A stretch of DNA of 58,025 nucleotides from Phoronis australis (Eukaryota; Animalia; Phoronida): assembly GCA_002633005.1 (NCBI GenBank), contig NMRA01001088.1, positions 1 through 58,025 on the forward strand. Direction: 5' to 3'. The position numbers and the translations under genes are program-made. Below, piece by piece: positions 46,324-57,419 of the stretch (the stretch's first letter is position 1; every line of letters begins with the position of its first letter). Under the pieces are notes generated by a model. The model made no database searches. It was not told where the DNA came from and worked only from the letters and a program-made list of their open reading frames with translations.

Positions 46324-48529
46324 GTTGACTGACTAGTAAATGAAAGCGAACGACGACGGAACTTAACACAACCGAGGTAGAACAATGACTGACTCGGCAG
46401 CTCTCACAGTCCGACTATGTGAAAAGAAATTGGCGGGAAGCGCTTGCCTCCTAAAACGTCACTTCCGGAAAAGCGGACAAATAATTAATAAAATTACGAA
46501 AAGCTGTAATTAAGTGAAAAATATGTCTAGGATAACCAACCAACCTTATTTTAGCTCAAAATGACATGGAAAAAGGTTGCCTTCGCCTTTAAGACGATTT
46601 CCAAAGCAATTGCGTCATTATTGCCAACACAACAAAAACAGATTCTTTGGGGCAATTGAAGACTATTTTAAACACAACAAATTTGTTACGAACTGATTGC
46701 AAAAAAACAAAACGTGTAATAACCATTACAAAAACAACCGGGTTTCGGGCGCAAACGCAGTGAACCATAAACAAGTAGGTCTCTTAGTACAAATTTACGT
46801 GTTAAAGCGTGGTGGTGCACTGGCAAAGCACGTCCGCTCTATCCCATAGGTCGTGAGTTCTAGTCTGTGGTAGCTGAAGTTTTACTGGTTAGACCCGTTC
46901 TCTGTGTTTTTTTTGTTATTTTTGTTTTTTTTTTGTCTTACTTTCTTGGATAATACGTCAGGAATCAAGGAAAATGCTTGATATTTAGAGGAAAAACAGA
47001 AAAAATTCCTGGGTGGGAGGGGGGCAAATCCCCCTTCCGACCTCCCCCATTCGGTGCTATGCGCATCTACAATCGTGCTTTGCGCAAACGTTAACAGACA
47101 AAACGTTGGACCCCCTTGTGATATCCTAGATCCGCCACGGAAGTAACATGATAAGATTCTAGGTTCACGTGACCTAACACATTAACCATGTCTGAAAAGG
47201 TATTGCAAGACATTCAGATGTTTGCAACTATTTCTCAATGCCCAGGGATACTTTGTTCATAGCAATCCATGTCAGAGTGAACAACGTAAATGGATTAAAT
47301 TTATAAACACCCGCCTGAGACATTATAAGTATTTAAACTGAAATAAATGCACCGGTTAAAAATTGGGAGGATGGTTCTTGACTTTGCACTTTGGAGTTTC
47401 CAGTAGCATTGCCTTGTGAATTTTCACCATACTCGTGCGTACAAAACACGTGGCGGCTTACACGCCTTGTTTCACTGCATTTCAGTTTCCGGTAAGTGTT
47501 CAAAGTCTTCCATTAGCAGAACTGTTGATATCATGAGTACGTTTGGCAATGTTATTGGTCATGTAATACCAACATTCAAACTGCAGTGTTTTGGAAACTT
47601 AGTCTTTTACATTTCTCCTGTGTGGTCGAACATCCGACCTCAAAACAGACGACGTACTTGCAAGAAGTAAAACTTGCTTAATTTGCCAGATGTCGCTGGT
47701 GAATAATGACGTCATGGATTATACGTCACACCACAGATTTCATCCGCGGAAAATATACGGATTTGGCAGTCCATGTAATATAGTAATATAGTCTATAGTG
47801 TAACTATACAATAGGTCTGGGCGCAGATTCTGGTCCACTTGAACTGGATCTGAATTACGACAGTTGATTTCATAAAGCTCATATAAAATAAAACTTGGCT
47901 TCAATTTAGACAGACTTAAAAATAAGTTGTATTTCATAAAGTAATATAGTTACACCTAGTTTAACTGCAGTTTAACCCTGATCTACTTCAGTTTTCATTT
48001 CACCACCGAGGTGCTCTTAAACCAGGCTTAACTTTACACCTGTCAGACCCAGGTGTAACGCTGTTGACAGACTTGTACGATAGATGTGTGCTCAACCTGA
48101 TGGACGCCCCAGTGTGCATCATCGACTCAACTTTAGAAGGACAAAAGACTATATTCAGTTTCATCACACGTAGTTGAACACAGACATGTAAGTGTTACGG
48201 ACTCCCGGGGAAAGCGACCGATCGAATAGCGCGTCAACGTCGTAAAGCCCTGGGGTCTGCCCTCACGACGGCATCATCTCCAATCAAATCTAACGCAGCC
48301 TGAGTCTTCTGACTGGGTACCAACTCCCATGATCCCAATGGCGGATTTGGGGGTAACCGTGCAACCCCTTCTTGGCCGCCGACGTTGTGACAGTTTGGGC
48401 CTGCACACTCACGAGCAGATCTGAGGTTTTCATTGATTCTGCTATTGTTTGCCACTTCAATAGTTTCTGTATTCAGTTAAATCCAAATCCACACAATATG
48501 GTGTCTTTGATACATGTACTTTAAACTAG

Positions 48530-48688
48530 GCGTGCGTTCAACAGACGCTAGGACCTGCACTAGGATCTAGCTCATTATTAAAATCTAGTCAAAGTCACGT
48601 GTTCTCATTTAAAATACACGGCAAAATATCACGTAATCTCGTGAAGTCTTGATTTTTAAAGAGGTCCTAGCGTTACTGAACGGGAGGC
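48530..48688. mobile_element. Short MITE-like inverted repeat element
   Basis: CGTTCA..ACGCTAGGACCT at left vs AGGTCCTAGCGT..TGAACG at right. Confidence 0.5.
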
Positions 48689-50036
48689 TGGTTTTGCGAA
48701 ACTCAACCTATGGTCTAACAAAACCACGCATCTAAATTTGATGAAAAGCTGTTATATCTTAAATTAGACCACATTCAAAAGAGCCCTGAAAGACACGTTT
48801 CAGCAGTTATCATATCGATTATTATAGCCGATTTAAACGAGGGCGAAGCGGACATGAAAGCATGGGTACTTGATTCTGATATCGGCAGAAGAATGTATTT
48901 CAAGGAGTATAAAGATCGCCAAATGGAGTATCAACTGCTTTAAATCACTTTTTTTCTTTTCAAGGTAAATGACGGCGGGGAATTCATACTAGATGAACGT
49001 TTATTCAAGATTTTCCTCCGCTGTTGTTACCGTGTGTACAAGCGAGGGATCTATGCGTCCCCGCCTGAGTTTGACTTGGTGATTCCTTCCTAGAGCGAAA
49101 TGGGTTACGGTCACGTGACTTTCGGAGAAGGCGGTGATTTAGGACGAGACAACTCGACGTACCCGTTTCGTGGAGAACACGGCCGAATGAAGAGGATAAT
49201 AAGAACTCCAAAGTACCTTTGGACGGGGGCTAGGATTCCTTTGATCTTCAAGTCACGTGAGTGGTGTCCCTACTTTAAAGTACGTTCTGGTGTGCTTGTG
49301 TATGCAAAAATGACCCTCGACTTACTTGATAGTTTAACCCCTTGACCTTCAGGAACCGCGTCACTCACAAGTTCACTTTGGCTGGAACATAAATTTGCAG
49401 TTTAGGCATGACAACCACATACATGTAGTACTAAAGAAGTCGTTAAACTCAAAACCCTGTAAAGCTTATCCGCCGACCGTCTGTCCGAAATCATTTTGAA
49501 CTTTTGAGACTTAGTAAGAGATTTCAATCAGTCGATTTGTCAAAGACTGAAAACATTGTAAACTTTTCGAAAACTATTTAAGGTTTGTGTCAAAAATAAC
49601 TCAGAAGAGAGCATGGATTTAAACAGTACACACCATGGATTTTTGCACATTTCGAATTACCGGTGGCCACAGACTAAATGTATGACGTAAAATTTAGCCA
49701 AATCCATGATTATTTTGTGTCATTAGCTCGAAATTTTGATTTCTCTTTCAAATTTGCCAATATTCACATTTCCCGCCATGTGACATCATGGGTTGAACAC
49801 AAGATATCAGCGACTAGCACTGAACAACGGCGGAGAGTAGGGAATTTGAAAGTGACAACGATTATGAGCAAGAAATGAACAAATACTATGAAAAAAAAAC
49901 GTACGAGAATGGTGGCCAGGGTGACGAAATGGGGTTGCACGAAAGCGAGAACGAGTTTGATATGTTTTCAGCTGCGTACTTTTCTACTTTGAGGCCTTGC
50001 GAACTGGATCCTCCGCGAGAGAAGCAGCCTCGGGCT

Positions 50037-50961
50037 TAGGCACTGACCATCGCCTCTGTTGGCCCGAAGCCGAGGCGATGCAGAGGCAATAGGCGCTCTG
50101 TACGCCGGAAGCTTTTCGGCGAATTATGCCTCGCACCGACTGAACCATCAAAGTCACGTTGTTATAAATACCTTTTGCGCATAGAGGAACACCTTAGGAG
50201 GTTGTGTTTAAGTCCTTCCAACTCGAACAAATACTCCCGTTATGAAACTTTTTCTTCGATCAGTCCCTATTCCAGCTCCCAAAATCGTGAAATCAAAATT
50301 TTCATTTTTTAACCAGGCCGAAGGTCAGAAGTTGCGATCCTACCGGTGAACTTTGAAAGCTGAAGTTCCCGCCCTTTGCGTACGTGCTGCCGGGAACCAG
50401 CCGTGCATTTGCCGTGTTGTTAAACATTAAAATGTCAAATATGAGCACAAAGACTATTAAATGTCATATCAACAGCATTTACTTTTATCAAGTACAAACA
50501 ATAATTCATTGAAATACAAACAGTTTCAAGTAACACCAATTAAAGACAAGTATAAGTGGTGGCATTTTGGAAACAAACATTTGACTGACAACACCGCAAT
50601 GGCCCACCTTTGGCCTATTTAAAAATTATTGAGGTTATGAAGTCACATCACCTAGCGCGCGCGGTAAAAATTGGAGCGTGCGCAGTACAAAAATTTTGAT
50701 TTCACGATTTTGGGAACTGAAATAGGGACTGATCGAAGAAAAAGTTTCATAACGGGAGTATTTGTTCGAGTTGGAAGGACTTGAACACATCGACAACCTC
50801 CTAAGGTGTTCCTCTATGCGCCAAAGGTATTTATAACAACGTGACTTTGATGGTTTAGTCGGTGCGAGGCATAATTCGCCGAAAAGCTTCCGGCGTACAG
50901 AGCGCCTATAGCCTCTGCATCGCCTCTGCTTCGGGCCCACAGAGGCGATGGTCATTGCCTA
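50037..50961. mobile_element. Mutator/MuDR-like foldback MITE nested in the older Kolobok-like element
   Basis: About 265-bp TIRs (50037-50302 / 50690-50961); exact 9-bp TSD CCTCGGGCT at 50028-50036 and 50962-50970. Confidence 0.88.
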
Positions 50962-51049
50962 CCTCGGGCTCGGCCAGTCAACCCAGTCATCCAACAGACG
51001 ATCGTGAATAAAAAGCCGATGTTTCTGAATAGTAAATATTGTCCTTTAT

Positions 51050-51284
51050 TGAACCAGGCCTTCATCGTAACATCTCCTCTGATTGGAGTCGAAACACGAC
51101 TCCTCAAAGTTGGCAGAACACAGAGTGGCTCTGGACAGAATCGCTTGGTCCACGCTGAGGTCCCACACTCTCGTTCGGCGCACGAAGCGATGCCACTACT
51201 GCGCAACTTTGGCGTCCTTCGGAACACCGAGACGTTCTCCATCTGACTGCTGTTGCTGCAGCCTCCGCAAACGCATCTTTTCAT
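51050..51284 (-). pseudogene. Decayed THAP domain
   Basis: MKRCVCGGCSNS...SVF, frameshift, then KDAKVAQ*WHRFVRRTR...LCSANFEESCF (normally CSxHF). Confidence 0.75.
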
Positions 51285-54200
51285 CCCTCTACGAACCTTC
51301 TCGACGCTAAATATAATTTACTTTCACTTCACTCAATACACTTAGTTGCTGATCCGAACAGTGTGCCGAACGACTTGGGTTCAACCCATGACGTTGTACA
51401 TAATTAGTATTTTTTTCAATTTTACGTGTTTCTTTATGAACTGTGCACTAAAGGCACTGAAATCAAGTAAGATATTATAATACAATTTATTTTGAGGTAC
51501 TAGAGTCATGTTGCGTACACTTTAAGCCGTTTCTAGAAGAAACACACCCGCTCTCTGCCAAAATCGGAATCTTTGAATTGTTCATTTTGTCTCGCGCGGC
51601 AGTGTACCGCTGGATTTCGTCCCAAAATAGTTATTCTAGAAACGTTACCCTCCAATGGTCTGTGCCAACTTCGATTGAGGCAGGCAGAGGTTGCGCCGCT
51701 CTTACCTTTTTCCAGTGCCGTTTAAGTACAGGGCTGAGGCGGAATTTCTGTTTAGTATGAACGAAGTACATTTAAAATGCTATAACTTCAATTTGCTTCT
51801 ATTTCAAAGAAATGTCATTTATTTTTGGGACGTGTCCTTGTAAAATAGCCCCAAATATCGTCAAACGGAGAATCGTCTGCTCGCGATTCAGCGATTTGGC
51901 AAGCCGGTCGCGGGTACTACCGCAGCCTAGCTGGTCAGCGTAGCGTACTCGTGTAGACGTATTACAATAACTTTAAAAGTTTACATTTTTTAAAATATAT
52001 TCACGTGATCAAGCACCACATGAACTCTAGTACGATACCAAAAGCATGTACCTACGGCAAATAATAACAAAAATAGAAATAATTTAATTTTTGACACTAA
52101 TGTCCTTTAAAAAGTGTCATCTTCTTCACTGCTACTAAAACCTTTTGCAACTCTGCCATTTTTCAACCTAACTGCACAAAAGTGATATCATTAGAAAGAC
52201 GTTGATGGTGTGCATGATTACACCAGAAGAAAACTAAGGATGTATAATGGAATTCATTCATTAAAAAATATTAATTTGTATAGCTGAAACAGATTGAAAA
52301 TATAGTTTAGTTCCAAAAATCAGAAGTGACAAAAACACAAAAGAATACAGTGTAAATATGAAGCCGTTAATGTAATAAAGGGCTGACTAATTAAGTAATT
52401 AGTCAATCTTAAAACTTGTGCTGTTAATTAACTTAAGATGCAATAATAACATATATAGAAATGAATCAAAGGTGTAGACAGTACTTAGTTAAAATGACTA
52501 ATAATCTAGCAGGAAAATAGTTCCAATGGTTCTAAGAATTGCTTTTAGAACATAGACCAAAATACTGTTGCTGGGAAGAATTCAGTTAGACTTTCTTCCA
52601 AAAATATGCAGCTTTATATATTTGTCACGAAGTTATTCCGGAGTTTCAAATCACCGAAATCATAAAACAAGTTCGAACGTTAAGCACCAGCTGGAATCAT
52701 GAACAATTATGATTTAACCAGACAATGTCTCATGTTTTGCATAATTAGACTAACGGTAAACACTGTCAATTTAAAGGTGGTCTATCGTTCCAATAGAGTC
52801 CCGTGTCCGGTTTCCTAAGTCTACTGCGTACTTGTGGACTTGTGAAAACACTGTCCTTCCTTATACTGTCTTAGTTTCATTACTAAGTCAACTTTTGTCT
52901 TTGATACAAATTGAGCTTGAACTCGACTTTAAATTCTCAATATTATAGAAAATGTATAGTGATATTTTTATGCACAACTCCTAACTTAAGGACTACTTCC
53001 CTATATATTTTCATTGAATTCAGACCTCATTTTAATTATATTATTAGAAAATGTCTGTAGTCAAAGAGGAGATCATAACAAAGATGAAATGACAGAAAAA
53101 TATTAGTAAATCTGTGATCAAACAAGGACGCAAATAGGCAAACGATTTAGGGAACTTAGTTCAGTCCCTCTTTGGTTCTGTTTCATGCAACCCAACACAG
53201 GAGAGTTCTGGTGGATCCTTGTTTTATACATGCTTCCAGTTATCATCTGCTATTGTACCAATGTCACGGGGGCTGAGTTCAAGGTTCCGTTTCGGTCTTA
53301 CATGTATTACAACGCTGTAGACGCACATGTGACAACGAGACACACAGCTGTTTTCATGAAACCAATTGCCTCAATAACACCATGTCGGTGACCTATCATT
53401 CCGCGTTCACCCAAGTTTGACTTTGCTTCCTCCAATTGATCAATAGACCGATCGTTTACACTCTCAGACGTGACCTTTTCCTGTGGAATTCACACTTCAG
53501 CTCATGGCTGACTACCTTTGTTAGCACCCACCACAAGTTCCACATCATTTACCTTAACATAATGCTAGCCTGTACCACTGTAGACTAGTAAATGAAGCTG
53601 CTTTAGCATTAGAGTTGGTACGGATTAGTGTGCAGTTGGTACATATTTTAAATCTGCCTTACCAAATCGTAACCTTTCTCACTCGGTCGGACTAACATTC
53701 CACCGTCCTAACAATGAGTAGAAACAGCACTGACAACGACGAGAGTGTACGAAATGGCGGGAAGCCGCCCGCGTGCCCGCTAAGTCGGAGGGACAAATGT
53801 GAAACCTGGCGGAAAAACTTTTCAACTGCAGGCGCAAAGGCGTGCTATTTACATCCAGACATTACGCCTTATTTTCGGAGACTCTCTTTGAACGTAATTT
53901 TTCGTTCATTAAGCCGTAGCAGTTCAGTCGGGGAGTGCATGACAAATGCGAAGATTTACCACACGATGTTTATGTGGAGCGTTCAGTAGCTGCCTCGCGG
54001 CGACAAATTCGTCCAAACTCACGTGGGCTCTTCTAAAACACAAGGCGACATAACTTGCGAAGTACATTTATTAGCAAGACACTAGAGTTACAGTGGCGGA
54101 TCTACAGGGGGGTTCAGGGGGTTTAAACCCCCCCTTGGGCCAGGACCCACAATAAAAAAACAAAAACGACACCACCAGCGTGTGTAAACCCCAAGTAAAC

Positions 54201-54943
54201 CAACTTGGAAAAAAATTGAGGGGAGGGGGGGTTCACACTGAAAATATAATTTTTTGCATTGCGAATTGTTGTTATGAAAATCAACGCATTTTGAGTCTTC
54301 GTGGCTCATCGGCAGAACGCGCAGAGATTAATTGTGCTCGCGCCTCCGTCGACACTTCTGAAGTAGCCAAGCATTTTAGATGGATCCACCGCTGAAAGAG
54401 CAGCTCTATAGCTAATTTCTTTAGGTAACTAGCTTCTTTACTTTAAGATATAATTTGATTTGATTAGGGGAAATACTGTGGTGCCGCAACCCTGATATTC
54501 AGGCAAATTCACGTGCAACGTTTTTACTTCATCTGTCATGCCGTGTCATTCCATTATACCCCCACACGTTTGTAACTCGAATTTGACTGGTGTATATTAA
54601 AGTTGTCGTGCGCAATACATACAGTGTACATGTACATGTAGGCCTACTATTTTTGAAAAGAAGTCGTTTTCCGAAGAATTGCTATTGTCGCGGGCGCTGT
54701 GGTCTGGTCGCGGAACCGTTTGAAGATGCACTCTAACAAGTTATGTCTATACAAAGAATGACCAAGGCGGCACTCACATTGACAAAGTGACCGCATTCGT
54801 GAACAGTGTACAGTACCAGAAATTGCGGAGAGGCTGTATTTTTACAGCAAAGTCTTGCGGGACTCGTGCGATGTTCAATAGGCATTCTAAGGAGCTCTAG
54901 ATCCGACCTCAACACCTACCGTCTTTCTACCTGCAATAACCAC

Positions 54944-55116
54944 CACTGCTGTCTTCTATACTGGGAATTTCCGCAGAAAGGCCCACCCGATGAAACGCCC
55001 ATGCCCATGGGCATTTATTTGATGTTAAAGCACACTGCCGTCTTCTATACTGGGAATTTCCGCAGAAAGGCTCACCCGATGAAACGCTCATGCCCATGTG
55101 CATTTATTTGATGTTA
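54944..55116. repeat. 89-bp-period direct repeat x2
   Basis: CACTGC.GTCTTCTATACTGGGAATTTCCGCAGAAAGG...CATTTATTTGATGTTA at 54944 and 55033. Confidence 0.93.
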
Positions 55117-55234
55117 GTACTTCGGGTTTCAAGCGTTCGGACATTGGGACGTTTATTTCGAAAATTGCAAGAGATGCAAATAGATCCTGGGATGCCTCGT
55201 CAAGGTTTGAAGTAGTCTATGATGAACGGATCAA

Positions 55235-55485
55235 ATTTAGTAGCGCATGTAAGTCTTTCGAATGGACTTGGCAACCTCAAGGGTCTTAGTGTCAACTGAG
55301 CTGCGAAACGAGATGCTGACATTGTAGAGGCTTACAAGCTCATTGACACAGCAGTTGACGAAGTGCAAGCGTTGAGAACAAACATCGAAGATATCTGGGT
55401 AGAATGGTTCCAAGACGAGCAAATCATTGGATCCGATATACAAATTCCTCGGCAGTCTAGACAACAGAAGGATAGGACTAACGTA
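55235..55485 (+). pseudogene. hAT transposase fragment
   Basis: LGNLKGLSV / RDADIVEAYKLIDTAVDEVQALRTNIEDIWVEWF...IQIPRQSRQQKDRTN resembles the helical region of THAP12/ZMYM1-like hAT transposases. Confidence 0.7.
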
Positions 55486-56605
55486 TGAGTAACCACTAGG
55501 GAATTAAAATTTTAGAGAGAAGTTTTCAATTCAAAATTTTTTGCATAGTACCCTTTAGGTCTGGACCAGGCCAGCTTGATTTGTGTAGATGGCTGAGTTT
55601 CAGTGTACATCTGGTCCCTCGGCGAACTAGTCATGTGATTTTTTTACCAAAGTGTGCTTTATAAAACTATTTATCTCAGCCAGTACTGTTTGGTCGACTA
55701 TTTTTATAGGGATAATAAGCACAGGTGTACTCTTGGTCTCGTGACGGACCAGGTCAGCTTTTTGTGTACTCTCAGTGTACATCTGGTCTCTCTGCAAACT
55801 AGTCCAGTGTATCTTTTCACCACTGTGCACAGGATGTTTTGGTTTCGTGAAACTGTTTTCAGATGATTTGTTTCCTGATAGATTTGACGTTTTTCAATTG
55901 TTGTGAACGTGATTCAGCTTAATAAAGTGATACCTAATTATGTATTGTCGCTTTTAATAATAGAATATAAGTTGAGAGCACCATCGTTCACCAGTTTTTC
56001 TCGTAACGAGACAGAACACATGTTTACGCGATCACCTGATATTCAAGTTTTTACGCACCGTCGGTGCTCCTTAATTATGCTCTTGAATATTTGGAAATTG
56101 TCTAAACCCCTGTATACACACCACACTTTTTCGTATACGACTTTTCGTGTGCTAAAAAAGGTGTGTGTAAGCAGATGTTCCAACAAAATTTTTTGCTGGT
56201 GGCGTGACTCATACCCAGATGTGCACAATATGGTTTCACGAAACTTATGTGCCAAGTTCATGTGACGAAATCGAGAAGGGTTTTTAATTATCTTAAGAAA
56301 AACTCCAGAGACATGTTAAGTGCCAGAAACTTAACAGGGTGCATGGAAATTTCACTATTTGGCTACAAAAACAAAAAATATGTACACGGGAGGGGAAACC
56401 CCCCTCCCGACCTCCCCACGCTCGGCGCCACGCGCCTAGGATTCGACCTTGGCGGGAATCCTAAATCCCCCCCCTTGGTGAAAACGTAGATCTGCTACTG
56501 TACGGGTATTTCGTACTACCTGTGTCAGAACTGACAGAAGTACAAAAAGTCGGAAGACAAGAAACCAACAGAGTGTTAGCTGAGACCAAAGAAGTCAATA
56601 TATAG

Positions 56606-56887
56606 GTGAAGCAAGGCAATTTTGTTTGTAAATATGAAGGTCGCCGATATCTCGGACAAGTCGTGGACACAGATGATGTCGACTTGCCTGTGGAGGTCAA
56701 CTTCTTAAAGCCGTCCAGTAAAATGAGTGGATTGTTTATGTGGCCGGCCGAAGGAAACAAGATTTGGCTACGGAAAGATGACATCCTGAATCTCGTCATG
56801 GACCTCGCACCTACTGGGAAAGCTGCAGAGCGTTCAAGGCGTCAGATGAATTGCTGGACTATCTTGACTTTTCCTAATGACGTTTAA
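56606..56887 (+). pseudogene. Fragment of a transposase-associated C-terminal beta-barrel-like domain
   Basis: GNFVCKYEGRRYLGQV...VEVNFLKP...FMWPAEGNKIWL...DIL pattern recalls DNA-transposon protein tails; followed by repeated CAYTTACGRGAC motifs. Confidence 0.45.
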
Positions 56888-56926
56888 AGCCCAGTTAAAA
56901 TTGCCGTTAAAAGGCTTTTAACCTTA

Positions 56927-56984
56927 ACAGTCTTTAGCCCAATTGTCAACGCTTTTAAGCGTTGACAATTGGGCTAAAGACTGT
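56927..56984. repeat. Perfect 28-bp inverted repeat with 2-nt spacer
   Basis: ACAGTCTTTAGCCCAATTGTCAACGCTT-TT-AAGCGTTGACAATTGGGCTAAAGACTGT. Confidence 0.95.
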
Positions 56985-57294
56985 CATTTACGGGACGTGA
57001 CATGTGGCGTGTTAGATGTCAGGCACAATTGTATAGCAAATGTTGTAAAAATCTTGAATGCAAACTTTTGGATTTACCTGTACATGTACATGTGAGTTGT
57101 GTTACAAATGTCTCCACGTGCCTTCTTGCATCACAGACGGTTGAATTGTAATCTGTTGTCATTTTTATTACGTAATCAGTTACATCAACTCATACAAGTG
57201 ACAACAAATAGCCTTCAATTCGTATACTATCCGTCATTATTTCATACCAGTTTTTCCTGAAGTGTAGGTGGTCAGAAATAATTTCCACCGACAC

Positions 57295-57419
57295 AATATC
57301 ACTTGCCCCTCACTTACGGGACATGTTGTGTCATTTACGAGACGTCTTTAAATTCANAATATCACTTGCCCCTCACTTACGGGACATGTTGTGTCATTTA
57401 CGAGACGTCTTTAAATTCA
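57295..57419. repeat. 62-bp exact duplication across an N (57357)
   Basis: Identical copies 57295-57356 and 57358-57419; likely a scaffolding overlap. Confidence 0.9.

Larger units (their letters stand above)
44648..46588 (-). mobile_element. Kolobok-type DNA transposon, copy 2 (1941 bp, inverted relative to copy 1)
   Basis: TTAA TSD at 44644-44647 and 46589-46592; same TIRs; all ORF translations identical to copy 1. Confidence 0.9.
44312..47140. mobile_element. Non-autonomous TIR element (hAT-like ends) in paralog intron 1, hosting Kolobok copy 2
   Basis: Imperfect TIRs CATAGGCGGATTTAGG / CCTAGATCCGCCACGG; AAGTA duplicated at 44307-44311 and 47141-47145; homology to gene 1 intron 1 resumes after 47140. 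Confidence 0.7.
44236..49256 (+). pseudogene. Tandem astacin paralog, exons 1 (44236-44304) and 2 (48965-49256), probable pseudogene or null allele
   Basis: Exon 1 MTWKVFLVGGLLHICCSVELYED; exon 2 colinear with 7074-7368, same phases, in-frame TAG at 49091-49093 where gene 1 has GAG; I found no exon 3 in the rest of the window. Confidence 0.85.
49623..51521 (-). mobile_element. Older Kolobok-like element of a different family
   Basis: TTAA at 49619-49622 and 51522-51525; diverged ends ACAGTACACACCATG vs reverse complement AGTGTACGCAACATG; inner inverted motif CATGGGTTGAAC.CAAG (about 49787 / 51375); decayed THAP reading inward from the right end. Confidence 0.6.
54091..56500 (+). mobile_element. 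hAT (Tip100/THAP12-like) transposon relic
   Basis: TIRs CAGTGGCGGATCTAC / GTAGATCTGCTACTG; flanks TAGAGTTA vs TACGGGTA match only 5/8; internal transposase fragment. Confidence 0.6.

Noticed and set aside
46806-46868. tRNA-like sequence with weak A and B boxes
   Set aside because: No complete cloverleaf; at best a decayed SINE head inside a transposon.
57295-57419. Biological tandem duplication
   Set aside because: Exact copies separated by a single N, typical of a contig overlap.
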